A DNA stretch of 32,000 bases from Nostoc punctiforme PCC 73102. GTDB lineage: Bacteria; Cyanobacteriota; Cyanobacteriia; Cyanobacteriales; Nostocaceae. Where the stretch lies: contig NC_010628.1 of the NCBI RefSeq assembly GCF_000020025.1, forward strand, positions 3,000,001 to 3,032,000, in the 5' to 3' direction. The first letter of the stretch is position 1; every line of letters starts with the position of its first letter. The notes beneath the pieces were generated by a model. The model was not told the origin of the DNA. It searched no databases and was given only the letters and a program-made list of their open reading frames with translations. Position numbers and translations under genes: made by a program. Below, in pieces: positions 1 to 9,246 of this stretch.

Positions 1-2360
1 GTCAAACTCAACAACTCAAAAGCACACAATGCGATCGCCCATTGATCGCTTGCGGCTGCATAATTAAGTGCTAATTCGTTTCCGCGTCGGCTCAAAACTG
101 TCCTGGCTAACCATAGAATTAGGATGGCGATCGCGCCTACGAGAAACCAACCTCCGAGAAGGAGGTGAGGTAAACCAGGTATACCCGTCCACAGCAGCGC
201 CACAATGAAACTCAGAGCAAATCCTTCTGTAATTACCGCAGAGATTTTGTTTCGTAAATAGCGCGTATTTACAAACATTAGCCCTGTACCTACTGCCAAA
301 CCAATTAATCTGGTTCCTGGTAACTGTAGAGTAAGTAGCTGGGCAACTCCCACAGCCAAGACGCTCAAGTAACGGGTAGTAGTCCGACGTTCTGTAGTTG
401 TGCAATTTGCAACACCCGTGAGAGCTATAGGCGTAACTAGCCATAAAGCTCCCAAATAAGCTTGGCTATCAGCGACACCATACCAAGATGATTCTGCATT
501 CATCCACAATAGGAAAAAACTAGCGGCAGCTAGCCCTAAACCGATATCCCAGGCACTACGTTGCCAGACTCCTTCTTCTACGCTAAATCGCCATTCTGCA
601 ACCATCAGAGCTAATAAAATACTTGCCCAGACTTGTTGACTCAGGGTTGGCGCAAGCCAATTAATGGTAGAGCAAAATGTTAGCACCCCGATAATGTGAG
701 TTAGATATACCAGGGGAAGGGATGCGGGGGAACGGCGTTGAGTTACGAATGCCAGAGTGATGGTAGAAAATAGCAGATTTAGCGATCGCAATACAGGATT
801 GACAATCGCGATCGTTGTTAAAAAAGCTCCCAGTAAGAGAGTGAGCAGTTCGCCAAATTTAGCTAATTCTCGCTTTTCGGTGCGATGTAGGCTATCTGTA
901 AGCGCCACCATCAAAATTATGTAGGCAAATAAAGCTACACCCAGCAAAGCCCAAGGTTCATTTTGAGAATTTGTGAGTTGAGTACCAGTTGCGATCGCTA
1001 ATTTCTGTAAGCTATCAGGTACTAATCGCCAACCTAGCCAAATCGTCTCTAAACCGATGACGAAAACCGCAGCGAAGTCTAGCTTTAAACTGTACCGCCG
1101 CAATCGACTTCCCACAAACCACAAACCTAAACCACTTACAGCTATTGCTTGCCAAGGATAATTTACTACCGAAACCATCCAACCCAAAAACAGTAGAATC
1201 CCACCAAGTTTTTCCCAGAGGAAAAGAGATGAAGGGAATATTACAGTTACTTCCTCTGCTCCCCCTGCTCCCCTGCTCCCCTGCTCCCCTGCTCCTCCTG
1301 CCCCCTGCCCCCTGCCCCCTAGCCTCTCCTGTACTAGCCAAGTTACTAGCCAGCCGCAAATGCCAATAGCTAATCCCAACTGAGTGACATTTACCCCAGC
1401 AACAAAAATTGCCCGCACTAGCAGCACTATCAAAGCATAAATAATTACGGCGGCAGTTAAACTAATACTTAAGCTGCGGCGTAGGCGTAGCCCGTCGTAG
1501 ACATCGCTTCTATCTTCCTCACTGACAATATTAGGCTGTTGGTAATTGTGATAAATAGTAATGATGGTTGTGCCAATCATTGCCAGATAGACGGCAATTA
1601 AGGGGAATCCTGGCAATTGCCAACCCCAATGCAGATAACTCAGCCCTAGAATATTAGCTAAAGGTAATTTGCCAGTACGTAGATTGGTAAAAATAGCCCG
1701 ATTTTTGGAGAGTAAAACAGTTATAGCAGTGAGGGTAGGCCAGGCGATCGCAACTGCAACTAAATCCACAGGATTTTGCCACAATTGAAAGCTATCCATT
1801 GCCCAAAAGTTTACTGGCACTAACAAAAGGGTGGCAATCAGCAAAGTTTGAGCCGTCAATCTGAGGTTGTTTTGCCTAGTCGCCCAAAAGCTTAATCCCC
1901 AAAAACTCAGAGTATAAGCAAATAAAACTCCATACTGTCCAGAAGCGGGAAACCTTTCCCACTGACTCGCAGCTAGTACTCCAGAGGATACCACTACCAG
2001 AAATACCCCTAGAAAAAGCAGCCAGCGTACACTCAGTTCGGCCCCCAAGGACTGCAACATTGTGCTGATAAAATTGGGTTCGACTGTTTTTTGTTGTGGT
2101 TGTCTACGGTGGCTAGATTGTAAAGCTGCTATGGGTAAATCCTGCACGGGATCGGAAGTTAAAAAAACTACCTTTTTTTTAGCTTCAGGCTGGAGTGGCA
2201 ACACGACCGAACACACCAGAAATTCTTGGCATAGCTGCCTAACTTGGGTATCGGATATCAAACCTAAACGCAGCCATATATCTAGTCCTTCTAATAACTG
2301 AGGATGGGAGGATGGCAATCTAATTTCAAATTTTAGCGGGCGCTCAAGGGGCGATGACAT
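1..2360 (-). CDS. Large polytopic membrane protein of unknown function; 3' end lies beyond the window (>=786 codons)
   Basis: My hand translation of the minus strand from ATG 2360 (MSSPLERPLKFEIRLPSSHPQLLEGLDIWLRLGLISDTQVRQL...) stays open down to base 3. It is absent from the ORF track only because no stop codon falls in the window. It has many long hydrophobic segments (WLLFLGVFLVVVSSGVLAA, LLIATLLLVPVNFWAM, FALSFIVALLWTGIPGL). An in-frame GTG at 2432 is an alternative start. Confidence 0.75.
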   Translation of the reverse strand, partial: MSSPLERPLKFEIRLPSSHPQLLEGLDIWLRLGLISDTQVRQLCQEFLVCSVVLPLQPEAKKKVVFLTSDPVQDLPIAALQSSHRRQPQQKTVEPNFISTMLQSLGAELSVRWLLFLGVFLVVVSSGVLAASQWERFPASGQYGVLFAYTLSFWGLSFWATRQNNLRLTAQTLLIATLLLVPVNFWAMDSFQLWQNPVDLVAVAIAWPTLTAITVLLSKNRAIFTNLRTGKLPLANILGLSYLHWGWQLPGFPLIAVYLAMIGTTIITIYHNYQQPNIVSEEDRSDVYDGLRLRRSLSISLTAAVIIYALIVLLVRAIFVAGVNVTQLGLAIGICGWLVTWLVQERLGGRGQGAGGAGEQGSRGAGGAEEVTVIFPSSLFLWEKLGGILLFLGWMVSVVNYPWQAIAVSGLGLWFVGSRLRRYSLKLDFAAVFVIGLETIWLGWRLVPDSLQKLAIATGTQLTNSQNEPWALLGVALFAYIILMVALTDSLHRTEKRELAKFGELLTLLLGAFLTTIAIVNPVLRSLNLLFSTITLAFVTQRRSPASLPLVYLTHIIGVLTFCSTINWLAPTLSQQVWASILLALMVAEWRFSVEEGVWQRSAWDIGLGLAAASFFLLWMNAESSWYGVADSQAYLGALWLVTPIALTGVANCTTTERRTTTRYLSVLAVGVAQLLTLQLPGTRLIGLAVGTGLMFVNTRYLRNKISAVITEGFALSFIVALLWTGIPGLPHLLLGGWFLVGAIAILILWLARTVLSRRGNELALNYAAASDQWAIALCAFELLSL
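1256..1320. repeat. C-rich imperfect tandem repeat (TGCTCCCC-type 8/9-mers x5, then TGCCCCC 7-mers x3) inside the membrane-protein CDS
   Basis: Read directly: ctgct ccccc tgct cccc tgct cccc tgct cccc tgct cctcc tg ccccc tg ccccc tg ccccc t. On the coding strand it encodes the low-complexity segment ERLGGRGQGAGGAGEQGSRGAGGAEE. Confidence 0.9.
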
Positions 2361-2379
2361 AAGCGGCAGCGGTATCAGT

Positions 2380-2412
2380 ATATACTTTAAGTAGATTTCA
2401 ATTAAAGTATAT
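2380..2412. promoter_or_regulatory. Perfect 11-bp inverted repeat (ATATACTTTAA / TTAAAGTATAT, 11-nt spacer), 20-50 nt upstream of the ATG at 2360
   Basis: Seen directly. It lies between the GT39 stop (2549) and the membrane-protein start. It could be a terminator or an operator, and the sequence alone does not decide. Confidence 0.35.
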
Positions 2413-2548
2413 TTTGGTTCTAATTGTGCCACTTATTAGGCTAATTGATATTAATTTTTAACCTCCGAGCGATATTCAAATGCCAATTGTCTGCTTTTAG
2501 GTTCCGCATTGCAGTCTTTAAAGCGCAAGACCCATACGTATCTTTGGT

Positions 2549-4141
2549 TTAGGAAGATTTTTTTAGTTTCCAGAGAAAGTCATTTATCTGCTGTAAGTTG
2601 GAGTTATAAATTTTCTCAATTCCAGCTTTTAAGAAGTCAGAGGGCTTGAACAAGAATATGTCAGTAAAACCATTAGTAATCTGTGGCAACTTATTTTTAT
2701 CTACAACTTGAAATCTTACTTTCGGATCGACTAAATGACCAAACATTTGTATTGATGCAATTATGTTCTCATTACTAACATCAGTAATTAATAGTGGCTT
2801 ATTACCTTGACTAATAATTTTAGCAATTTCAGGATATTCCTGGTATTTTTCAGGAAGTTTGTTCCACCACATTTGAGTTTGAGAGTGGAGTATACAAGAT
2901 ATAATTCCGCCCATAATGACTAAACCTACTAGAAGTGACCAGAGCTTTTTTTGCCAAACTTTAATATAAACAGAGGTGAGTTTGGTGGTAAACAGGTAAG
3001 CAACAGCTAACTGTATACCTAAAACAGAAGGAAGTGTATATCGACTAGTAGCGTATCGCTTTTGAAAGACGAAATCTACTATTAGTAGTGGAAGCCCTAC
3101 AGACCCAATCAAGGTTAAGACAAATAACCAAACTTCTTTAGAGGTTCTTCGACAGAGAACATAAATCGAGTAAATTACTATAGCTAAAATAACTAAAATA
3201 AAAGGAATTAATGCAATCTTAAGTTTTCCTGGATCGCTAGGGCTAATACCTAAATCAAGAAATGTGCGACTAAAAATACCAGCCCATCTTGCAGATGACG
3301 CGAATAATCCTTGTTTAGAATTCGCCCAATCTATTGCTTCTTCATGAGAGTTGGTAATAATAATCCAAATCCAAGGTACAAAAGTTATAAAGCCCGTAAG
3401 CGATGATAGCAGGTAATAAATCGATGTTTTAGTCAATCGGAAGCGTTCGATTGCAATTACATAAATCCCTTGTGCTAAAGCAATCAAGGTAAAAAATATA
3501 TGAGTATAAAAGCCTAGCACCAATGTTGCTGTATAAATGCACCAACTAACCTTTGTTTGAAGGCGCATGGCTCGCAACAGCGCTAGGCTCGATATTAATA
3601 TGGCTACTATCCATAAACTGTATGCCCGTGCTTCTTGTGCATACACTACATGAATAGGTGAAACAGCTACCAAAGCAATGGCTACCCACCCTATTCGTGA
3701 AGACTCAAATAATTCTTTACATAGCCAATAAAGACAAGGAAAAGTGAGTAGACTAATAAATGCCGAAAAACTCCTTGTTACTGTTACAGAATTGCCAAAC
3801 AATTCTACCCAAAACTGGGTCATCAAAATGTATAGCGGCAAAATCTGTGAGTCTTCTAAAATAATCCCTTTAATTGTATCAATTGTGTTTTTCTCAGGAT
3901 TAGGATACTGGTATTTATCCAAATCTTGTATGCTGAATAAATGGCCATCCGTTAACTGCTTGTGTAGCTCTAACTGTGTATAGCCAGATATGCGTAATGA
4001 TGAGAAAACTTCATCAGGCCAATAGATTTTTTTGTCAATATTGACGAATCGAAAAAATACACCTATTACTAATAAAATAATGACTAAAAAACGTAACCAA
4101 GATTGAGAAATATTCCAGTTCTGTGACAATTCTTTTTTCAT
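2549..4141 (-). CDS. GT39/GT83-type (ArnT/PMT-like) integral-membrane glycosyltransferase
   Basis: 530-aa ORF with about 10 or more hydrophobic helices. It has an N-terminal loop motif YWPDEVFS (DE-type motif of ArnT/PMT-like enzymes) and a core stretch FSAFISLLTFPCLYWLCKELF...VSPIHVVYAQEARAYSLW typical of this family. The gene is about 32% GC against about 40-50% in the flanking core genes. Confidence 0.7.
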   Translation of the reverse strand: MKKELSQNWNISQSWLRFLVIILLVIGVFFRFVNIDKKIYWPDEVFSSLRISGYTQLELHKQLTDGHLFSIQDLDKYQYPNPEKNTIDTIKGIILEDSQILPLYILMTQFWVELFGNSVTVTRSFSAFISLLTFPCLYWLCKELFESSRIGWVAIALVAVSPIHVVYAQEARAYSLWIVAILISSLALLRAMRLQTKVSWCIYTATLVLGFYTHIFFTLIALAQGIYVIAIERFRLTKTSIYYLLSSLTGFITFVPWIWIIITNSHEEAIDWANSKQGLFASSARWAGIFSRTFLDLGISPSDPGKLKIALIPFILVILAIVIYSIYVLCRRTSKEVWLFVLTLIGSVGLPLLIVDFVFQKRYATSRYTLPSVLGIQLAVAYLFTTKLTSVYIKVWQKKLWSLLVGLVIMGGIISCILHSQTQMWWNKLPEKYQEYPEIAKIISQGNKPLLITDVSNENIIASIQMFGHLVDPKVRFQVVDKNKLPQITNGFTDIFLFKPSDFLKAGIEKIYNSNLQQINDFLWKLKKSS

Positions 4142-4238
4142 ACAGGTTTCAATCTCTTCAAAGCCTTAATAATCATTTATCCCATCTCAAAATCAATTAA
4201 ATATAATTAACTTTTTCTTTATTGATTCTTCCTCCATT

Positions 4239-4275
4239 AATTGATAGTAATTCGCATTTAAAATTACTATCAATT
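4239..4275. promoter_or_regulatory. Perfect 14-bp inverted repeat AATTGATAGTAATT-N9-AATTACTATCAATT, about 100 nt upstream of the GT39 start
   Basis: Seen directly: arms at 4239-4252 and 4262-4275, with spacer cgcatttaa. Confidence 0.4.
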
Positions 4276-4926
4276 TTAAGGTATAACATTCAGTTAGAAA
4301 ATTAATAACAAAGGTTTAAAATGTTTTTTATAGTCGTTTTTCTAACTATTCGTGTTTAGCATAACAGTTAGAAGCTAGCAAGTAAACACCTGAATAACTT
4401 TTCTCAGGTTAACACTTAAGTAGTATCGAGTTTTATATAAATATTTTAATTTTAGCTAAAGATATCGTATGTCTATAGAATAATTTGGAAGATGTTGAAG
4501 CTTTTGGCAACATTATCCCATATTCAATACAATTGTTTATCTGTCATCGTATAGTATAAATTAATCTAGATTTAACATACTTGCGTTAAAAATAAAAAGA
4601 TTTGATAAATTTTAGATGAGAATACTATAAATATGTCTACGAGTAAAATTGAAACCAAAGGTGTATTAATGTTTGTTTCAACCTTACCCAAGGATTGAAA
4701 ACTGAAGGTGTCCAGGTAGAGATGAGAGTAAGCGCCTTGTTTGGCTACTTCCTTGGCTATTTAGCACGAGTTTGCGTTGATCCCATACCTTCAGGAGACC
4801 CCGATCGTAACTGTAATAAGCTTCGTGGGAAGTTTACATCTTTAACCTCGTAGTACAACTACTACCCAGAGAATTGTTAAACCTTCATCTGGTTGGTATG
4901 TTATGTAATGCTAACCTTGTAATGGG

Positions 4927-5196
4927 ATGCTTAACTTTAGCGATCGCTACTCAATAAATCGAGCTGAAACTAGTTGCGATCGCCAAACCAACCAAGAATT
5001 GATCGTCAAAGCGTTGATTGAGTCGCTAGCCTCATGTCATTTTGCCACCTTCTATACTTATTGCCTTCACTTTGTCTCTTCCAGTAATAGAATTAAGGAC
5101 GAAGCCTTGGTAAAGCTTTCAACTATCACAAAGATAGAAGCTGTAGTAGCAGATTTGGCCAAATGTCAGGAAATCAAAATCTGTATCCCAAAATAG
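4927..5196 (+). CDS. Hypothetical 89-aa ORF immediately upstream of argZ (doubtful)
   Basis: It is the only open frame across 270 nt and contains two HIP1 sites. I recognise no motif, the SD is weak, and the composition is unconvincing. Confidence 0.25.
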   Translation: MLNFSDRYSINRAETSCDRQTNQELIVKALIESLASCHFATFYTYCLHFVSSSNRIKDEALVKLSTITKIEAVVADLAKCQEIKICIPK

Positions 5197-5237
5197 GCCC
5201 TTAGTATAGTAGCATATAAAACGCTTGTAAGATTTTT

Positions 5238-7349
5238 ATGACTTCCCGTATTCGCTTTTTGATGTGTCCTCCTGACCACTACGATGTAGACTATGTGATT
5301 AACCCCTGGATGGAAGGGAATATTCACAAATCATCGCGCGATCGCGCCGTGGAACAGTGGCAGGGATTACACCAGATCCTTAAACAACACGCCATTGTAG
5401 ACTTAGTATCACCCCAAAAAGGTTGGCCTGATTTAGTTTTTACCGCCAACGCTGGCTTGGTACTGGGGGAAAATGTCGTACTCAGTCGCTTTTTACATAA
5501 AGAACGCCAGGGAGAGGAACCTTTCTTCAAAGAATGGTTTGAGCAAAATGGTTATATAGTCAATGAACTTCCTAAAGATTTGCCCTTTGAAGGTGCAGGA
5601 GATGCACTACTAGATCGAGAAGGACGCTGGTTATGGGCGGGATACGGTTTCCGTTCAGAATTAGATTCTCACCCTTATTTAGCTAAATGGCTGGATATTG
5701 AGGTTCTCTCTCTGCGACTCATAGACGAACGTTTTTATCACTTGGATACCTGTTTTTGTCCGTTAGCAAATGGCTATTTGCTCTACTATCCAGGTGCTTT
5801 TGATTCTTACTCCAACCGCTTAATTGAAATGCGAGTCGCACCAGAAAAGCGAATCGCAATTGCTGAAGCCGATGCAGTTAACTTCGCTTGTAATACAGTG
5901 AATGTGGACAGCATTGTGATCATGAACAAGGCGAGTGATGCTTTGAAAACCCGCCTTGCAGATGTGGGTTTCCAAGTGCTGGAAACACCACTGACGGAAT
6001 TTCTCAAAGCTGGTGGTGCAGCTAAATGCTTAACTTTGCGCGTAACGGAACCAGTTAGGGATGAAATTCATGCCAATGTCTCGGTAGAAAGCCGAATCAT
6101 TCGCATGGAAGGACACTTACTTGATGCTGGCTTAATTAACCGCGCCTTGGATTTGATTATAGATGCCGGGGGAAGTTTCCAAGTCTTGAATTTCAACTTG
6201 GGAGAACAACGCCAAAGTACCTCTGCCGCAGAAGTGAGAGTATCAGCACCATCCCATGAGGTGATGGAAGAAATCATTTCCCGATTAATTGATTTGGGTG
6301 CTGTAGATTTACCCCATGATGAGCGAGACGCGATCTTGGAACCTGTGATCCAAAATGGTGTAGCGCCCGATGATTTCTACGTCAGTACAATTTATCCTAC
6401 CGAAGTGCGGATTAATGGGCAATGGATAAAGGTAGAAAATCAGCGGATGGATGGCGCGATCGCAATTACTCAAACTCCCTCTGGTTTAGTAGCTAGGTGT
6501 AAAATACTACGAGATTTAGAAGTTGGCGAACGAGTAATTGTAGACGTACTAGGTATCCGTACTATTCGCAAAACGGAATCGCGCGAACAACGCAGCACCC
6601 AAGAATTCAGCTTTATGTCGGCGGGCGTTTCCAGCGAACGACGCGTGGAATTGGTGGTTGAACAAGTCGCTTGGGAATTACGGAAAATCCGCGATGCTGG
6701 CGGTAAGGTAGTTGTTACGGCTGGGCCCGTGGTGATTCACACTGGTGGCGGCGAACACTTGGCGCAACTGGTTCGGGAAGGATACGTGCAAGCGCTGCTG
6801 GGTGGTAATGCGATCGCAGTTCACGACATCGAGCAAAATATCATGGGCACTTCCTTGGGTGTGGACATGAAGCGGGGTGTCGCCGTTCGTGGTGGACACC
6901 GCCATCACCTAAAGGTAATTAATAGTATCCGTCGTTATGGCAGCATTCCCAAAGCTGTGGAGGCGGGGGCAATTAAGAGTGGCGTGATGTATGAGTGCGT
7001 CCACAATAATGTACCTTTTGTGCTTGCGGGATCGATTCGGGATGATGGGCCTTTGCCTGATACCCAAATGGATTTGATTCAGGCGCAGGAGCAATATGCT
7101 AAACACCTAGAAGGTGCGGAGATGATTTTGATGCTGTCATCGATGCTGCACTCCATTGGTGTGGGAAATATGACTCCGGCGGGAGTGAAGATGGTGTGTG
7201 TGGATATTAATCCAGCTGTGGTGACTAAGTTAAGCGATCGCGGTTCTGTAGAATCGGTGGGTGTGGTGACGGATGTGGGATTGTTCCTGAGTCTGTTGAT
7301 TCAGCAGTTGGATAAGTTGACAAGTCCCTATGTTAATAAGGTAGGTTAA
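5238..7349 (+). CDS. argZ: Bifunctional arginine dihydrolase / ornithine cyclodeaminase-type enzyme (ArgZ/AgrE)
   Basis: 703-aa ORF. The N-terminus MTSRIRFLMCPPDHYDVDYVINPWM...FTANAG belongs to the guanidino-group-modifying (amidinotransferase-fold) enzymes. The long C-terminal half (LOR/SDH-like; GGNAIAVHDIE, GSIRDDGPLPD) matches the architecture described for Synechocystis ArgZ (Sll1336) and Anabaena AgrE (Alr4995), which to my recollection is a similarly sized ~700-aa protein. Confidence 0.9.
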   Translation: MTSRIRFLMCPPDHYDVDYVINPWMEGNIHKSSRDRAVEQWQGLHQILKQHAIVDLVSPQKGWPDLVFTANAGLVLGENVVLSRFLHKERQGEEPFFKEWFEQNGYIVNELPKDLPFEGAGDALLDREGRWLWAGYGFRSELDSHPYLAKWLDIEVLSLRLIDERFYHLDTCFCPLANGYLLYYPGAFDSYSNRLIEMRVAPEKRIAIAEADAVNFACNTVNVDSIVIMNKASDALKTRLADVGFQVLETPLTEFLKAGGAAKCLTLRVTEPVRDEIHANVSVESRIIRMEGHLLDAGLINRALDLIIDAGGSFQVLNFNLGEQRQSTSAAEVRVSAPSHEVMEEIISRLIDLGAVDLPHDERDAILEPVIQNGVAPDDFYVSTIYPTEVRINGQWIKVENQRMDGAIAITQTPSGLVARCKILRDLEVGERVIVDVLGIRTIRKTESREQRSTQEFSFMSAGVSSERRVELVVEQVAWELRKIRDAGGKVVVTAGPVVIHTGGGEHLAQLVREGYVQALLGGNAIAVHDIEQNIMGTSLGVDMKRGVAVRGGHRHHLKVINSIRRYGSIPKAVEAGAIKSGVMYECVHNNVPFVLAGSIRDDGPLPDTQMDLIQAQEQYAKHLEGAEMILMLSSMLHSIGVGNMTPAGVKMVCVDINPAVVTKLSDRGSVESVGVVTDVGLFLSLLIQQLDKLTSPYVNKVG

Positions 7350-7358
7350 GAGACGAAC

Positions 7359-7384
7359 CGCAGAGGCGCAGAGGACGCAGAGAA
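7359..7384. repeat. Three tandem CGCAGAG(G/A) units in the 41-nt argZ-DUF2085 spacer
   Basis: Seen directly: cgcagagg cgcagagga cgcagaga. Confidence 0.8.
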
Positions 7385-7390
7385 AGGGAG

Positions 7391-7915
7391 ATGACAAGAG
7401 TAGCTTTCAGGGAAGAGTTTCAGGTTAATTGGGTAAGTTTGATTGCTGATTTCTTGTTAGTAGGGATGGTTTTTGGCCCGCCAATTGCTCCCTTTCTGGC
7501 TGCGTCTGGAGTGTCTTTGCTTCCTGGGATTGCGGACATCATTTATTTCATGGGTAATCATGTGTGTCCGCAACCAACTATGGGGTTAGATTTGGCACCA
7601 CCATATATTATGGCTGTGTGTATGCGCTGTTACGGCACTGTCACGGGTTTGCTGATTACTCGCCTGCTGTATGGAATAACTGGTGGTAAAGGATTTTACT
7701 GGTTAAGTCAGTATGGATGGAGTGGTGTGGCGATCGCCAGTGTGCTGATGATGGCTTATCCTTTAGAATTGGCAGCACAAATTTTCGGTTTGTGGAGTTT
7801 TAATAATTATCTAGTTACACCTTTTGGGTTGATTACGGGTTTAGCGTGGGGATTGTTTACTATGCCCATTTTCCACGGGTGGCGAGGTGCTAAAACTAGC
7901 TTGGATAGATTTTAG
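7391..7915 (+). CDS. DUF2085-type small membrane protein
   Basis: 174 aa with 4-5 hydrophobic helices. The HVCPQ ... CMRCYG cysteine pattern is characteristic of DUF2085. It starts 41 nt after the argZ stop on the same strand. Confidence 0.65.
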   Translation: MTRVAFREEFQVNWVSLIADFLLVGMVFGPPIAPFLAASGVSLLPGIADIIYFMGNHVCPQPTMGLDLAPPYIMAVCMRCYGTVTGLLITRLLYGITGGKGFYWLSQYGWSGVAIASVLMMAYPLELAAQIFGLWSFNNYLVTPFGLITGLAWGLFTMPIFHGWRGAKTSLDRF

Positions 7916-7935
7916 TCTGACTCCTAATTTCTTCT

Positions 7936-9144
7936 TCAAATCAGCATCCCAGCAATACAAGCGGTGATAAAACCCGCCAACGATCCGCCAATCATCGATC
8001 TTACACCCATACGAGCTAAATCATGTTGGCGATTAGGTGCTATCCCAGTAATACCGCCAATGGTAATGCCAATTGAACCTATATTTGCAAAGTTACATAA
8101 GGCGTAAGTCGCAATAATTACTGCACGTTGGGAAATTTTACCATTTTCAATTAGTGCCTTCAAATCCAAAAAAGCAATAAACTCATTGAGAATTGTCTTT
8201 GTACCCAACAAAGCCCCCACTTGCTGACAATCAGCCCAAGGTACGCCCATTAACCACGCTACGGGAGCCATAAAAATAGACAAAATCAACTGTAATGACA
8301 GTTGCGGCAAACCCACAAATGTCCCCAACCATCCCAGGAGTGCATTTAAAGCAGCCAATAATCCTAAAAAGGCGATAATTATTACCCCAACATTAACCGC
8401 TAGCTTCACGCCGTCAATTGCTCCAGCTGTAGCAGCATCAATTGCATTTACATAATTGGTTTTTACCTCTGCCTTTACTTCACCAAGTGTCTCTGATACT
8501 TCTGTTTCTGGATACAGCAATTTTGATACTACCAATGATGTGGGAGCAGTCATAAAAAAAGCGGCAATTAGATGTTCTGCTGGTATTCCAAAAGAAAGAT
8601 ATGCCCCTAGTACTCCACCTGCAATTGTGGCAAAACCACCCGTCATCACGGCATGAAGTTCTGATTGCGTCATCTTCGCTATATAAGGTTTAACCATCAG
8701 CGCTGACTCTGTTGGCCCTAAAAAGATGTTACCCGCACAGGATAAAGATTCAGAACCCGATGTTTTCAACGTCTTCGTCATTACCCACGCCATCACATTT
8801 ACCACTCGCTGTAAAATGCCGTAGTAATATAAGACACTTATAAAGGCAGAGAAAAAGATAATTGTCGGCAGCACTTGGAAGGCAAAGAAATGATCCTTAA
8901 AATTTTCTCCAAAGACAAATTTGGCACCAACATCAGAAAAAGCTAAAAATTTGCTGACAAAATCTCCCAGAAATTTAAACACAGTCAAACCCCAAGGAGT
9001 TTTAAGAATCACGATTGCCAATGCAAATTCTAATCCCAAACCCCATGCCACTATGCGCCAACGCACCGCTTGACGATTAACCGAAAAAGCGTAGGATATA
9101 CCGATAAAAACTAAGATTCCTAACGCAGAGATGGCGCGTTCCAT
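7936..9144 (-). CDS. nupC: NupC/CNT-family concentrative nucleoside transporter
   Basis: The ORF track gives 7936..9228. I prefer the internal ATG at 9144 (MERAISALGILVFIGISYAFSVNRQAVRWRIV...), because the 28-aa extension (MTTKPQNKADFCVCFVSKCLSD...) does not look like protein sequence. The protein is multi-pass with typical NupC blocks (GTKTILNEFIAF, NFANIGSIGI). Confidence 0.85.
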   Translation of the reverse strand: MERAISALGILVFIGISYAFSVNRQAVRWRIVAWGLGLEFALAIVILKTPWGLTVFKFLGDFVSKFLAFSDVGAKFVFGENFKDHFFAFQVLPTIIFFSAFISVLYYYGILQRVVNVMAWVMTKTLKTSGSESLSCAGNIFLGPTESALMVKPYIAKMTQSELHAVMTGGFATIAGGVLGAYLSFGIPAEHLIAAFFMTAPTSLVVSKLLYPETEVSETLGEVKAEVKTNYVNAIDAATAGAIDGVKLAVNVGVIIIAFLGLLAALNALLGWLGTFVGLPQLSLQLILSIFMAPVAWLMGVPWADCQQVGALLGTKTILNEFIAFLDLKALIENGKISQRAVIIATYALCNFANIGSIGITIGGITGIAPNRQHDLARMGVRSMIGGSLAGFITACIAGMLI

Positions 9145-9246
9145 ATTTACTCCCAAAAAAGTATCGCTAAGGCACTTGGACACAAAGCATACACAAAAAT
9201 CTGCCTTGTTTTGTGGCTTTGTAGTCAATAACTAGAGTTTTGGTGC

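Noticed and set aside
64-2301. ORF-track entries 64..444(-), 1015..1359(-), 1145..1369(+) and 2062..2301(+)
   Set aside because: All lie inside, out of frame with or antisense to the long minus-strand frame that is open from 2360 to the window edge and encodes convincing transmembrane sequence. Their own translations are Cys/Arg/Ser-rich and not protein-like. 1015..1359 and 1145..1369 are open only because of the C-rich tandem repeat.
2361-2432. GTG at 2432 as the start of the large membrane protein
   Set aside because: It is in frame and cannot be excluded. However, it adds 24 residues (VAQLEPKYTLIEIYLKYILIPLPL) encoded by the AT-rich 11-bp inverted repeat, which looks like a regulatory or terminator element rather than coding sequence. 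I kept ATG 2360.
4732-4756. Glutamine (glnA-type) riboswitch-like string on the minus strand: CCAAGGAAGUAGCCAAACAAGGCGC
   Set aside because: GGAAGUAG and AAGG..CGC recall the motif, but the P1 pairing partners (CGUUC/GAACG equivalents) are not present and no downstream gene is in the right orientation.
9145-9228. 28-aa N-terminal extension of nupC given by the ORF track
   Set aside because: The extension (MTTKPQNKADFCVCFVSKCLSDTFLGVN) is not transporter-like. The internal ATG at 9144 gives the canonical NupC N-terminus.
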